DNA of 64,000 bases from assembly GCF_009914755.1 (NCBI RefSeq), contig NC_060947.1. One strand, written 5' to 3'. The stretch's first letter is position 1; every line of letters begins with the position of its first letter. The DNA comes from the human T2T-CHM13v2.0 reference genome, Homo sapiens. The notes below the pieces were generated by a model that was given only the letters and a program-made list of their open reading frames with translations, ran no database searches and had not been told where the DNA came from. Below, piece after piece: positions 37,935 through 55,302 of the stretch. Both the position numbers and the translations under genes were made by a program.

Positions 37935-38430
37935 GTTTTAGAACAAAGTCTGGAAGAGGAGTGGTTTTATAACCATAAAATCTGGACTTTGCTGGGAAGA
38001 AAAGGGTCAAATTAAATGTATATGTATACTAAAAAAAAAAAAAAAAAAAGAAAGTCTACATATCTTGTAAACCAATATTTTCATCAGTGAAAATTTATTT
38101 TTAATATAAATTGTACTAATTAATAAAACCACTGGTGTTGATCAAATATAAATATAGCTGAAGAGCTTTTAACAACTGCCTTTGGAGTACAAAATTTCAA
38201 TTAAATACTAGCTAATGACCCCTGCAGTGTGTTTACTGGGTTAAGGCAATTGGTTGCTCATAGAATATATATTAAAGCTAATCAATATGCACACATATCA
38301 CTGACTGAAAGAAGAAATAAAATAACAGAATAGAGATACAACTTTCGATTAAATTGAATAAATAATTAAAATTTATCCCAATACACAAAAATAAACAAGC
38401 AAGCAAACATAAAAAATCAATTGGCCCAGA

Positions 38431-41400
38431 ATTCCTGGGCAAGATGGCCAAACAGGAAAAACTCTGGTCTGAAGCTCCCAGCAAGATCAATGCAGAAGGT
38501 GGGTGATTTCTGCATTTCCAACTGAGGTACCTGGCTCATCTCATTGTGACTAGTTAGACAGTCGGTACAGCACATGGAGGGCAAGCAGAAGCAGGGTGGG
38601 TCATCACCTCATCTGGGAAGCACGAGGGGTTGAGGAACTCCCTCTCCTAGCCAAGGGAAGCCATGAGGGACTGTGCTGTGAGGAATGGTGTACTCTGGCC
38701 CAGATACTACGCTTTTCCCATGGTCTTCACAACCTGCAGACCAGAAGATTTCCTCGTGTGCCTACACAACCAGGGCCCTGGGTTTCAAGCATAAAACTGG
38801 GTGGCTGTTTGGGCAGACACCAAGACAGCTGCAGGAGTTTTTTTTTCCTACCCCAGTGGCGCCTGGACACCAGTGAGACAGAAGCATTCACTCCCCTAGA
38901 AAGGGAGCTGAAGCCAAGGAGCCAAGTAGTCTAGCTCAGCGGATCCCACACCCACAAAGCCCTTCAAGTTAAGATCCACTAGCTTGAAATTCTTGCTGCC
39001 AGCACAGCTGTCTGTAGTCAACCTGGGATGCTTGAGCTTGGTGTGCGGAGAGGCGTCTGCCATTACTGAGGCCTGAGTAGGCGGTTTTCCCCCCACAGTG
39101 TAAACAACGCCACCAGGAAGTTCAAACAGGGTGGAGCCCACCGCAGCTCGGTAAAGCCACTGTAGCCAGACTGCCTCTCTAGATTCCTCCTCTCTCGGCA
39201 GGGCATCCCTGAAAAAAAGGGAGCAGCCCCCATCAGGGGCTTATAGATCAAACTCCCATCTCCCTGGGACAGAGCACCTGGGGAGGGGGTGGCTGTGGGG
39301 GCAGCATCAGCAGACTTAAACGTTCCTGCCAGCCAGCTCAGAAGAGAGAAGCAGATCTCCCAGCACAGCACTTGAGCTCTGCTAAGGGACAGACTGCCTC
39401 CTCAAGTGGGTCCCTGACCCCTGTGTATCCTGACTGGGAGACACCTCCCAGCAGGGGTCAAAAGACACCTCATACAAGAGAGCTCTGGCTGGCATCTGGC
39501 GAGTACACCTTCTGGGATGAAGCTTCCAGAAAAAGGAGCAGGCAGCAGTCTTTGCTGTTCTGCAGCCTCAACTGGAGATACCCAGGCAAACAGGGCCTGG
39601 AATGGACCTCCAGCAAACTCCAGCAGACCTGCAGAAGAGGGGCCTGACTGTTAGAAGGAAAACATACAAACAGAAAGGAATAGCAACAATGTAAACAAAA
39701 AGGACATCCACACAAAAATCTCATCTGAAGGTCGCGAACATCAAAGATCAAAGGTACATAAATCCATGAAGATGAGGAGAAACCAGCACAAAAAGACTGA
39801 AAATTCAAAAAACAGAATGACTCTTCTCCTCCAAAGGATCACAACTCCTTGCCAGCAAGGGCACAAAACTGGATGGAGAATGAGTTTGATGAATTTACAG
39901 AAGTAGGCTTCAGATGGTGGGTAATAAGAAACTCCTCTGAGCTAAAATAACATGTCCTAACCCAATACAAGGAAGCTAAGAACCTAGAAAAAAGGTTAGA
40001 GGAATTACTAACTAGAATAACCAGTTAGAGAAAAACATAAATGACCTGCTGAAGCTGAAAAACACAGCACAAGAACTTCTTGAAGCATACACAAGTATCA
40101 ATAGCTGAATCGATCAAGTGGAAAAAAGGATATCAGAGATTGAAGATTAACTTAATGAAATAAAGTGTGAAGACAAGATTAGAGAACAAGAAAAAACAAA
40201 GCCTCGAAGAAATATGGGACTATGTGAAAAGACCAAGCCTACGTTTGATTGGCATACCTGAAAGTGATAGGGAGAATGGAACCAAGTTGGAAAACACTCT
40301 TCAGGATATTATCCAGGAAAACTTCCCCAAACTAGCAAGACAGGCCAACATTCAAATTCAGGAAATACGAAAAACACTACAAAGATACTCCTCTAGAAGA
40401 GCAACCCCAAGACATATAATTGTCAGATCCACCAAGGTTGAAATGAAGGAAAAAATGTTAAGGGCAGCCAGAGAGAAATGTCTGGTTACCCACAAAGGGA
40501 AGCTCCTCAGACTAACAGCAGATCTCTCTGCAGAATATCTACAAGCCAGAAAAGAGTAAGGGCCAATATTCAACATTCTTAAAGGAAAGAATTTTCAACC
40601 CAGAATTTCATATCCAGCCAAACTAAGCTTCATAAGTGAAAGAGAGATAGAATCATTTACAGACAAGAAAATGCTGAGAGATGTTGACACCACCAGGCCA
40701 GCCTCACAAGAGCTCCTGAAAGAAGCACTGAATATGGAAAGGAAAAACCAGTACTAGCCACTGCAAAAACATACCAAATTGTAAAGACCATCAACAGTAT
40801 GAAGAAACTGCATTAACTAACAGGCAAAATAATCAGCTAGCATCATAGTGACAGGATCAAATTCACACATAACAATATTAGCCTTAAATGTAAATAAGCT
40901 AAATGTCCCAATTAAAAGGCACAGACTGGCAAATTGGATAAAGAGTCAAGACCCATCAGTGTGCTGTATTCAGGAGACCCATCTCATGTGCAAAGACACA
41001 CACAGGCTCAAAATAAAGAAATGGAGGAAGATTTACCAAGCAAATGGAAAGCAAATAAAAAAAAAAGGAGAGGTTGCAATCCTAGTCCCTGTTAAAACAG
41101 ACTTTAAACTAACAAAGATCAAAAAAGACAAAGATGGGCATTACATAATGGTAAAGGGATCAATGCAACAAGAATAGCTAACTAGCCTAAATATATATGC
41201 ACCTAATACAGGAGCATCCCGATTCATAAAGCAAGCTCTTACAGAACTACAAAAAGACTTAGACTCCCACACAATAATAGTGGGATACTTAACACCTCAC
41301 TGTCAATATTAGACAGATCAACGAGAGAGAAAATAAACAAGGATATTCAGGACTTGAACTCAGCTCTGGACCAAGCAGACAATAGACATCTATGGAACTC

Positions 41401-43182
41401 TCCACCTCAAATCAACAGAATATACATTTTTCTTAGCACTATATCACACTTATTCTAAAATTGACCACATAATTGGAAGTAAAACACTCCTCAGAAAATG
41501 CAAAAGAACAAAAATGATAAAAAACAGTCTCTCGGACCACAGTGCAATCATATTAGAACTCAGAATTAAGAAAAGCACTCAAAACTGCACAATTACATTA
41601 AAACTGAATAGCCTGCTCCTGAAGGACTACGGGGTAAATAACGAAATTAAGGCAGACATAAATAAGTTCTTTGAAACCAATCAGAACAAAGATACTACCA
41701 ACCAGAATCTCTGGGACACAACTAAAACAGGGTTTAAAGGAAAATTTATAGCACTAAATTTCCACAGGAGAAAGCAGGAAAGATCTAAAATTGAACTCAC
41801 AATTAAAAGAACTAGAGAAGTAAGAGCAAACAAATTCAAAAACTGGCAGAAGACAAGAAATAACTAGAGCCTCAGAAATAATGCTACACATCTAAAACCA
41901 TCTGATCTTTGACAAACCTGACAAAAACAAGAAATGGGGAAAGGATTTCCTATTTAATAAATGGTGTTGGGAAAACTGGCTAGCCATATGCAGAAAACTG
42001 AAACTGGACACCTTCTTTACACCTTATACAAACATTAACTCAAGATGGATTAAACACTTAAACCTAAGACCTAAAACCTAACCACCCTAGAAGAAATCCT
42101 ACACAATACCATTCAGGACACAGGCATGAGCCCAGACTTCATGACTAAAACACCAAAAGCAATGGCACCAAAAGCCAAAATTGACAAATGGGATCTAATT
42201 ACACCACAGAGCTTCTGCACAGCAAAAGAAACTATCATCAGAGTGAACAGGCATCCTACAAAATGGGAGAAAATTTTTGCAATCTATCCATCTGACAAAG
42301 GACTAATATCCAGAATCTACAAGGAACTTAATCAAATTTACTAGAAAAAAAAACAAACAGCCCCTTCAAAAAGTGGGCAAAGGATAAGAACAGACACTTC
42401 TCAAGAGCAGACATTTATGCAGCCAACAAACATATGAAAAAAAGCTCATCATCCCTGATCATTAGAGAAATGCAAATCAAAATCGCAATGAGATACTATC
42501 TCACACCAGTTAGAATGGTGATCACTAAAAAGTCAGGAGACAACAGATGCTGGAGAGGTTGTGGAGAAATAGGAATGCTTTTACATTGTTGGTAGGAGTG
42601 TAAATTAGTACAACCATTGTGGAAGACTGTGTGGCGATTCCTCTATGATCTAGAACCAGAAATACCATTTGACCCAGTGATCCCATTACTGGGTATATAC
42701 CCAAAGGATTATAAATCATTCTACTATAAAGACACATGCACACATATGTTTATTGCAGCACTATTCACAATAGCAAAAACTTGGAACCAACCCAAATGCC
42801 CATCAATGACAGACTGGATAAAGAAAATATGGCACATATACACCACGGAATACTATGCAGCCATAAAAGTGGATGAGTTCAGGTACTTTGCAGGGTTATG
42901 GATGAATCTGGAAACCATCATTCTCAGCAAACTACCACAGGAACAGAAAACCAAACACTGCATGTTCTCACTCATAAGTGGGAGTTCAACAATAAGAATA
43001 CATGGACACAGGGGAGGAAACATCACACACCGGGGCCTGTCGGGGGGTGGAGGGCTAGGGGAAGGATACCTAATGTACATGATGGGTTGATGGGTACAGC
43101 AAACCACCATGGCACATGTATTCCTACGTAACAAACCTGCATGTTCTGCACATGTATCCCAGAACTTAAAGTGTAATTAAAA
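38431..43182 (+). mobile_element. L1PA7/8-like element with long 5' UTR and ~2 kb internal ORF2 deletion
   Basis: 5' 'ctgggcaagatggccaaacagg'. ORF1 and EN remnants (ORFs 40167 and 40848). Jump 'gaaataacta|gagcctcagaaata' near 41866. Degenerate TSD aaaaaatc...ggcccaga on both sides, within an old L1M ORF2. Confidence 0.9.
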
Positions 43183-43218
43183 AAAAAATCCACCAGGCCC
43201 AGATGGTTAAAAAATAAC

Positions 43219-43535
<317 letters not shown>

Positions 43536-43749
43536 TAACTTTTAACACACCCTTAAGAAAGTGATAATCCTAATCATATACAAATTGTTTTAGAGAATGA
43601 AAGTGTGACAGCTTCCCAACTTATTTTAAGAAAGTAGATCCTTTTAATGATAACCAAACAAGACTAACTCAAGAAGAAAAAATTACAGGAGAATTTTACC
43701 CAGTGATATAGAGGAAATGATTCCAAATCATAAAGCAGAGTTAGCAAAT

Positions 43750-44020
43750 ATATTCATTTAAATATAAAATAATAATTTTATAATATTTCATATTGTTTAT
43801 TTTATTATTTATATTAACATTATTTATTATTTATATTATTATTTAAATTATATTATTTATTTATATTTATATTTATATTATCAATTGTTTATTTAAGATT
43901 ATGTATAGTTACTTATTATTATTTACATTATTTGACATTAATAATATTAATTTTATATTATATTAATAATAATTAATATAAAATATTAATTTCTATATAT
44001 TATAAATATATATATATTAT
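43750..44020. repeat. AT-rich low-complexity tract
   Basis: Nearly pure A/T, (TTA/TTTA/TA)-like. Confidence 0.85.
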
Positions 44021-44185
44021 GCTTGATGCGCATTTTGGAAAGGATAGCCTTTACAATAAATGGTGTTGGTTATCCATTAGGGAAATTAATCTTAACTCCC
44101 TCACATCCTATATAAAAATCAATTTCAGATTAATTATAGAATCTAAATCTGAATGGTAAAATAATAAAGCTTTAAAAAACAAACA

Positions 44186-44631
44186 TATATTAGTTAGCTT
44201 TTCTGCATAACAACCACAAAATATCAGTGGCATAAACAATGAGCATGTATTTAGCTCTTGGGTCCATAGGACATCTGGAGGTTGGCTGATCTAGATTGGA
44301 CACAACTGGGCAGCTCTCCTTCAAGCTGCCAGTCTTATAGGACTTGTTGTTCCTTGTTTTGAAGGCAGCTGAGATGTGCTTTACTTATCTCTCCTTTTCT
44401 TGCACAAGTGGGCTAGCTGTGGTATGATTTTCTCAGTGTTGATGGCAGAGGAGTGAGAGAGCATGGCCAAATATGTAATTAATTTTCAAGCTTCTGCTTG
44501 CATCTCATCTGTTATCATTGAATTGACCAAAGCATTCACATGGCCAGGTCTAAAATCAAGGAACAAGGAAGTGAACTCTGTTCATAAAGGTAGAAAGGGG
44601 AAAGGTAGAACAGGGGAATCTAACCTACCAC
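44186..44631 (-). mobile_element. MLT1 (F/G/H-like) solo LTR
   Basis: 'tattagttagc...gcataacaaccac...tcagtggcataaacaa' through 'ttgaccaaagc...cacatggcca...ctaccaca'. Confidence 0.7.
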
Positions 44632-45341
44632 AGTAGAAAAATATCTTCATGACTTTGAGGTAGGCAAATATTTCCTTGAAAGGACATAAAAACTGTTGTG
44701 TTAACTATTAAGAAATTAGACTACCCTGAAATTAAAACTGCTTTATTAAAAACATACTATTTATTAAGAGAGGGTCAGAACTTAACATTAATGCCTTAGC
44801 AGGAATATCACAAAAGATGATATCCAAATGGCTAATATTAGTCATTACAAAAACGTATATTAAAACTATCATAAATCCACCAGAATTGTTAAAATAAAAA
44901 GATAGCTAATACTAAGTGTTGACAAGGGTGTGGAACAAACTACTGCAACACATGACAGTATAGATGACTTTCATAAATATAATGTTAAGCAAATCCAGAT
45001 ACGACAGAAATACACTGCATGATTATGTTCATATAAAGTTCAAAAAAACAGGCAAAATGAATCCAAGTGGTAGAAGTCAGGATAGTATTTACTCTTGGGA
45101 GGTAGTGCCTGAAAGTCATCATGGGATGAAAGGCAATAGAGAGTTTCTGGATAATCTTTTTTTAAAAAAATTATTATTGTTTGAGAGTTGTTTAAATTTG
45201 ATATTTTTAACTTGTGAAAATTTATTCATCTGAGTCCTTATAATTTGTTCACTTTTCTGTATATGTTCTATATTCCAATTAAAGAGTGAGCATAAAAAAT
45301 ACCATATTTCATGACTAAGTTGGGTTTATCTCAGAAACACA

Positions 45342-45625
<284 letters not shown>

Positions 45626-46766
45626 TAACTTACCATATTAATACATCAGGAAAGAAAAACATAATATTGTCTCAACAGATACATAAGATGCATTTGGTGA
45701 AATTCAATACACATTCTAGATTTTTAAAAAAATACTTAGAAACTTAGAGTGTAAACTTCTTTAATTTTCTTTTAGAAATGTTAATATATTCACATGATTC
45801 AAAAATTTTAGAATGTAAAAAGGTGATCAAGTAAAAGTCTCAGACCCACTTCCATATTCTCAGTCTTTTTATCACAAGAAATTACTTTGTCAATCTCTTA
45901 TGTATCTTTCCAGTTGTTCTGTGTAAATATAAATGTATGTCTTATTACCCCCACTCACTTTTTATACCAAGGCTAACATAATATAATAAACCATTCTATA
46001 CCTTTTTCCTCCAAAATCATTTATTGAATATTCTATCTTTTCACCACAGACTTATAAAGCTTATTGTGTTATGTGTTTGGTGACCATGTATTTCAGTTTG
46101 TTTAGACTAAAGCTAGTGTACATTTGTTGTCACAGCATAATTATTAGTAGTTCCTCACTTCACTTTTAAATAAGTGCTACCATTTATATAGTAAACTATA
46201 TGATCACATGAGTTCTAGGCCAATTCTGCTTAAGTTTGTTCTTAGGCTTTCTATATTTCAATGCACTTTTTGTCTATGTCTGCACTTCTTCCATACTGTT
46301 TGTTTAAATAGGTTTAACTTTTATAATTGTTTTAGATTCACAGAAACTTTGAGATGATAGTGCAGAGAATGTTCTTATATTCGCCAGTGAATTTCTTCTA
46401 TTAGCATCTTACTTTACTATGATGCATTTGCCCCAGTTAATGAATCAACTTTGATGAATAATGATTAACTAAACTACATACTTCATTTTATTAGTTTTCA
46501 CCTAATGTCCTTTTTCTGTTTTAGGATCCCATCCAAGATAATACATTATATTTAGCTATCACTCTCCTTAGACTCCTTTTGACTGTGATAGTTCCTCAAA
46601 CTTTCCTTGGTTTTTGATGACATTAACAGTTTAAAGGAGTACTAGTCAGACACATTGTAGAATACCCATTTATTGGAATTTTTATGATATTTTTCTCATC
46701 ATTAGATGGGCATTATGAGTTTGGGAAAGGAAGATCACAGAAGTAAAGTGCCATTCTCATAATATC

Positions 46767-47169
46767 TACTATAGTTTAGATGTTTGTCCCCCAATAAGTT
46801 ATGTTAAAATTTGACACTCATTGTTGGAGATGAGGCCTACCAGGAGGTGTTTGGGTAATGGAGACAGATGTATCATTAATAGATTGGTGCTTTCCTTATG
46901 ATAATGAGTGAGTTATTGCTCTATTAGTTCCCACTAGAGCTGCTTGTTAGAAAAAGCCTACCCACCCATCTCTTCCTTTCTCTGATCCCACATGATCTCT
47001 GCACACAGCACCTCCCCTTTGACTTCCACCATGAGCGGAAGTAGCCTGAAGCTTTCACCAAATGCCTAATCTTCCAGCGATTGTTATCATGAGTCAAATA
47101 AACCTTTTTTTCTTTATATATTACACAGTCTCAGACATTTCTTTATAACAATACAAACGGACTAGGAGA
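46767..47169 (+). mobile_element. MSTB-like solo LTR
   Basis: 'tactatagtttagatgtttgtcccc...tgagtcaaataaacc...caaacggactag'. 5-bp TSD ATATC/ACATC. Confidence 0.8.
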
Positions 47170-47271
47170 ACATCATAACAAGAACACATATAAAAATGAT
47201 TTGTCACTTTTGATGTTGACCCTGATTACTCAGCTAAGGTAGTGTTTGTCAGATTACCTGTTATAAAGTTA

Positions 47272-50105
<2,834 letters not shown>

Positions 50106-50727
50106 AAAGAAAATCTCTGTGTGTATCCCACAACTACGGAGTGGAGCGTTATGCTGCACTTTCTTGAGGGCAGAGTTTCTATGTGTATTATTTGAAAACA
50201 TATTGCTTAAGTAGCTATAATTTTATAATCCATCTTAATATCTTACTACTGAATTTCAAAAAGCCTTGAAAAATCACTTTACTTTTCCATATAATGACTA
50301 GACTAGGTTCGTCAGGTAACATTAACTGTCTTGATCAAAACTGCATTTACTACATAGATGCTTGGAATAGATGTGCCACTACTAAGTCTTTGCAAACTTT
50401 GGACTTGTTACCTAGGTGTTTGGTTTCATGTTTTCTATATTTCACAGTTTTCTCTGTGAAAATCTTACATGTTGTTAAATTTATTCCTAGTTTTCAAATA
50501 TTATTGATACTTTTGTAAATTTTATCTTTTTATTACACTTACTCTTGCTGATGTATAGGAGTGTTACTGATTATATAGATTAAATGTCTAGCAACTTTGC
50601 AGAACTAATTCTCTTAGCAAGTAAGTTTGTAAGTCATTGAGCTACTCTTCATGGTAATGATGAATATGAATTTATCATGCTGATCATATGGTGGTGTATT
50701 AGTCAGGGTTCTCTAGAGGGACAAAAC

Positions 50728-51203
50728 TAATATATATATAATATATATATAATATATAATATATATAAATTATATATATAATATTTTAAATATATAATAT
50801 ATATATTATATATATAATATTTTAAATATATAATATATATATAATATATATAATATTTTAAATATATAATATATATAATATATAATATAATATATGATAT
50901 TATATATTATATGTTATATATTATATAAAATATTATATATATTATATATTATATAAAATATTATATATTATATATAATATTTTATATAATATTATATATA
51001 ATATTATATATTATATATAATATTTTATATAATATTATATATAATATTTTTTATATATATAAGTTTTATATATATAATATTTTATATAATATTATATATA
51101 ATATTTTATATATATATAAGTTTTATATATATAATATTTTATATATATTTTCTATATATATACACACATAATATTATATATATATATAAATATTTATATA
51201 TAT
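50728..51203. repeat. Expanded (TA)n/AT-rich tract
   Basis: About 475 bp of almost pure A/T, seen directly. Confidence 0.95.
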
Positions 51204-51373
51204 AGGCTGAGATGGGTGGATCACTTCAGCTGAGGAGGTCAAGGCCGCAATGACATGAGATCATGCCACTACACTCCAGCCTGGATGACAGAGACCCCAT
51301 CTCGAAAAAACAAAACAAAAAACAACAACAACAACAAAAATGTGTTTCTGAGATAAACCTGACTTAGTCATGA

Positions 51374-52345
51374 AATATATATATATGTATATACATATAT
51401 ACACATACACATATGTGTACACACATATGTGTATGTGTATATACATATATACACACACATATACACATACACATACATATACACATACATATACATATAC
51501 ACACATACATATACACATAGATATACACATACATATACATATACACACACATACATATACACATACATATACACATACATATATATGTGTATATGTATAT
51601 ACGTATATACATATACACATACATGTGTATATATGTATATACGTATATACATGTACACATATGTGTATATGTATATACATATATACACATATGTGTATGT
51701 TTATATATGTATATACATATATACAGATATATGTGAATATATGTATATATGTATATACATATACAGATATGCGTATATGTATGTGCATATGTATACACAT
51801 ATACAGATATGCGTATATGTATGTGTATATGTATATACATATACAGATATGCGTATATGTATGTGTATATGTATATACATATACAGATATGCGTATATGT
51901 ATGTGTATATGTATATACATATACAGATATGCGTATATGTATGTGTATATGTATATACATATACAGATATGCGTATATGTATGTGTATATATATACATAT
52001 ACAGATATGCGTATATATATACATATACAGATATGCGTATATGCATGTATATATGTATATACATATACAGATATATGCGTATATATGTATGTATATACAT
52101 ATACAGATATATGTGTATATCTGTATATGTATGTATATACATATACAGATATATGTGTATGTATATGTATATACATATGCAGATATATGTGTATGTATAT
52201 GTATATATGTATATGTATATACAGATATATGTGTATGTATGTACATATATGTATATACATATATAGGGGAGTTTATTAAGTATTTACTTACATATACATA
52301 GATATACACATATATATGTGTATATGTATGTACATATATATAGGG
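51374..52345. repeat. (TA/CA/TG) compound repeat containing a 40-bp minisatellite
   Basis: Unit ATACAGATATGCGTATATGTATGTGTATATGTATATACAT starts at 51761, 51801, 51841, 51881, 51921 and 51961, and degenerates on both sides. Confidence 0.95.
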
Positions 52346-53187
52346 GAGTTTATTAAGTATTAACTTACATGATCACAAGGTCCCACAATAGGCTGTCTGC
52401 AAGCTGAGGAGCAAGGAGAAGCAGTCCGAGTCCCAAAACTGAAGAACTTGGGAGTCTGATACTCCATGGCAGGAAGCATCCAGCACGGGAGAAAGATGTA
52501 TGCTTGGAGACTAGGCCAGTCTGTCTTTTCACATTTTTCTGTCCGCTTATATTCTAGCCATGCTGGCAGCTGATTCGATTGTGCCCACCCAGATTAATGG
52601 TGGGTCTGCCTTTCCCAGCCCACTGACTCAAATATTAATCTCTTTTGGCAACACCCTCACAGACACACCCAGGATCGATACTTTGTATCCTTCAATCCAA
52701 TCAGGTTGACACTCAGTATTAACCATCAAAAGTCCACCCCTTGTCAACATGAACCCATACACATCTCCTGAGATTATACATTATCTTCAAATAAAGACAA
52801 TAATACGGTCATACTTACACCTAACATAACACAGCTATCCTTCATACAACTGGAAATGCACCCAATTCCTACCCAAATACTATTACATAAGGTTAACAAT
52901 ACTTAAATGCTGATGTGAAATCAATAAATCTTATGTCACAGGATAAAAAAGAAAGGAAATAAAATTAAGATACTTTCTTAGTTTAAGTGTATATATGCCT
53001 GAACATTTTTTAACAAAAGAAGGAGAAAATACTCATGACAATTACAGTCCTCTTTTCTCTAGCTGTTCACATGGTCATAGCTAGTATTGATAACTACCTT
53101 CTTCTATTGCCCATTCTGTATTCCCTGTGACTTCAGCAAGCACCTCAGCAGGTCACGTTTTTTTTCGTGGTGGAGTGACCCAAATCT

Positions 53188-53560
53188 TCATTCCTGAGGG
53201 GTTTTGGACATTTGTAGTCCTGCCTGGATTGGGCTATTGTAGTTTCCCATTGACCTTAGGATCTTCACAGGGCATGGTAATACTAAGAGACATCCTAATG
53301 GATTTGCTGTATTCCATGCATACTCTTCCTTACCTCCATTGTGGAGTAGTAGACTGATTTCATCTTGATAGTCTGGGTCAATCACCCCAGCCAACACTGT
53401 AACTCCCTTCTAAGCCTGTTGACTTAAAGGTAGGAAGAGCCCAAAGTGTCCAGGTGAGAATTTTAACTTCCAGTTTAATGAAATTTTTGTTGTGTCTCCT
53501 GGTGGCAGTGTTTCTCCCTCTGGAACTAAGAACTCTAGGTCAGCAGAATGTAATGTCACA
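53188..53560 (-). pseudogene. HERV-L dUTPase remnant
   Basis: GVIDPDYQDEI (dUTPase motif III) in ORF 53188..53397, downstream of integrase as in ERV-L. Confidence 0.8.
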
Positions 53561-53695
53561 GGTACAGGAAGCAAAATTTTGCTAGTGGATCACAAGGAGT
53601 GATGGTGAGTGGTGCCACTTCCATTTCCACCCCTTGATTCCTGGACCCGTGAATCCCGGCTATTGGAGAAACAGTACTATGTATTGGCCACTGAT

Positions 53696-54433
53696 TCAGA
53701 GCATACATGGCCTTGTGGAGAACTTTGCCCAGCCCTGCAAAGTATTGTCACTTAGTTGGTATTGTAATTGTGACTTCAAAAAGCCATTCCACAGTTCTAT
53801 CAATCCAGCTGCTTCAGGATAATGGGGAACATGGTAAGACCAGTGAATTCCATAAGCATGAGACCACTGCCACACTTCTTTAGCCATAAAGTGAGTGCCT
53901 TGGTTAAAGGCAATGCTGTGTGGAATACCATGACTGTGGATAAGGCATTCCATGAGTCCATGGATGGTACTCTTGGCAGAAGCATTGAATGAAGGATAGG
54001 CAAACCTATATCTGGAGTAAGTGTCTATTCCAGTGATGACAAACCTCTGCCTTTTCCATGATGGAAGAGGTCCAATATAATCAACCTGCCACCATGTAGC
54101 TGGCTGATCACCTTGAGGAATGGTGCCATATTGAGGGCTCGGTGTTGGTCTCTGCTGCTGGAAAATTGGGCACTCAGCAGTGAACATAGCCAGGTCAGCC
54201 TTGGTGAGTGGAAGTCCATGTTGCTGAGCCCATGCATGACCTCTATCCCTGCCACCATGGCCACTTTGTTCATGGACCCATTGGGTGATGACAGGGGTGG
54301 CTGGGGAAAGAGGGTGAATGATATCCACAGAACGGCTCATCCTATCCACTTGATTATTAAAATCCTCCTCTGCTGAGCTCACCCGTTGGTGAACACTCAC
54401 ATGGGATACAGTTATCTTCACAGTTTTGGCCAT
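53696..54433 (-). pseudogene. HERV-L RNase H end and integrase (245-aa open fragment)
   Basis: HHCC is degraded (HEQSGH...CPIF). Catalytic triad: WQVDY intact, FNQG (D to N), LIEL. Confidence 0.88.
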
Positions 54434-55302
54434 TCAGAGAGGTCCATCAACATACCTCTTCCCCAAATTTGTTTGCCACCAATTTTCCAATCATGCTTTT
54501 TCCAAGTCCCTGACTATCCAGCCAAACCATTGGCTACAGCCCATGAATCAGCATATAATCACACATCTGTCCATTTCCCCTTCCATGCAAAGTGCACAAC
54601 CAGGTGCAGTGGTCAAAGTTCTGCCCATTGGGAACATTTCCCTTCACCTGTCCTTCAGGCAGGTCCTAGAAAGGGGCTGTAATGCTGCAGCTATCCACTT
54701 TTGGGTGGTGCCTTCACATTGTGTAGATCCATCTGTGAACCGGGCCCTAGTCTTCTCTTCCTTTGTCAACTGATCATAGGGAACTTGCCATGAGGCCATC
54801 AGTGCAGGCTGGAGTAGAGAAGGCAGGGTGGCAGGAGTGGAGACCATGGGTAATTTGCGCTAATTCCTCATGTAACTTATTTGTGCCTTCAGGACCTGCT
54901 CAAGCCTGTCATGTATATACCACTTCCATTTGATGATGGAATGCTGCTGTGCAGGACCCACCTAATGGCTAGATAGGTCGAAAGCACCCAGTTCATGATA
55001 GGCAGTTCAGGTCACATGGTGACTTGATGACCCATAGTCAAACGTTCAGTTTCAACCACAGCCCAGTAACAAGCCAAGAGCTGTCTTTAAAAAGGAGAGT
55101 AGTTATCTGCTGAAGATGGCAGGGCCTTTCTCCAAAATCCTAGAGGCCTCCACTGTGATTCACCTATGGGGGCCTGCCAGAGGCTCCAAACAGCATCCCT
55201 ATCTGCCACTGACACCTCAAGCACCATTGGATCTGCTGGGTCATATGGCCCAAGTGGCAGAGCAGCTAGCACAGCAGCCTGGACATGATGCAGAGCCTTG
55301 TT

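Larger units (their letters stand above)
50695..52730 (-). mobile_element. MLT2A 3' LTR, inflated by ~1.6 kb of simple repeat and an inserted segment
   Basis: 'tgtattagtcagggttctctagagggac' ... 'gacactcagtattaaccatca'. Homologous to 58472-59004. Confidence 0.9.

Noticed and set aside
51761-52000. Regular 40-bp repeats as a CRISPR-like array
   Set aside because: Head-to-tail units with no unique spacers, no cas genes, and a eukaryotic context.
51261-52309. Long Y/I/H/T/C/V/M-rich ORFs (up to 298 aa) on both strands
   Set aside because: Artefacts of a stop-poor TA/CA/TG repeat.
53696-54433. Domesticated integrase
   Set aside because: The second catalytic Asp is Asn, the HHCC last Cys is lost, and the frame ends early, consistent with neutral decay.
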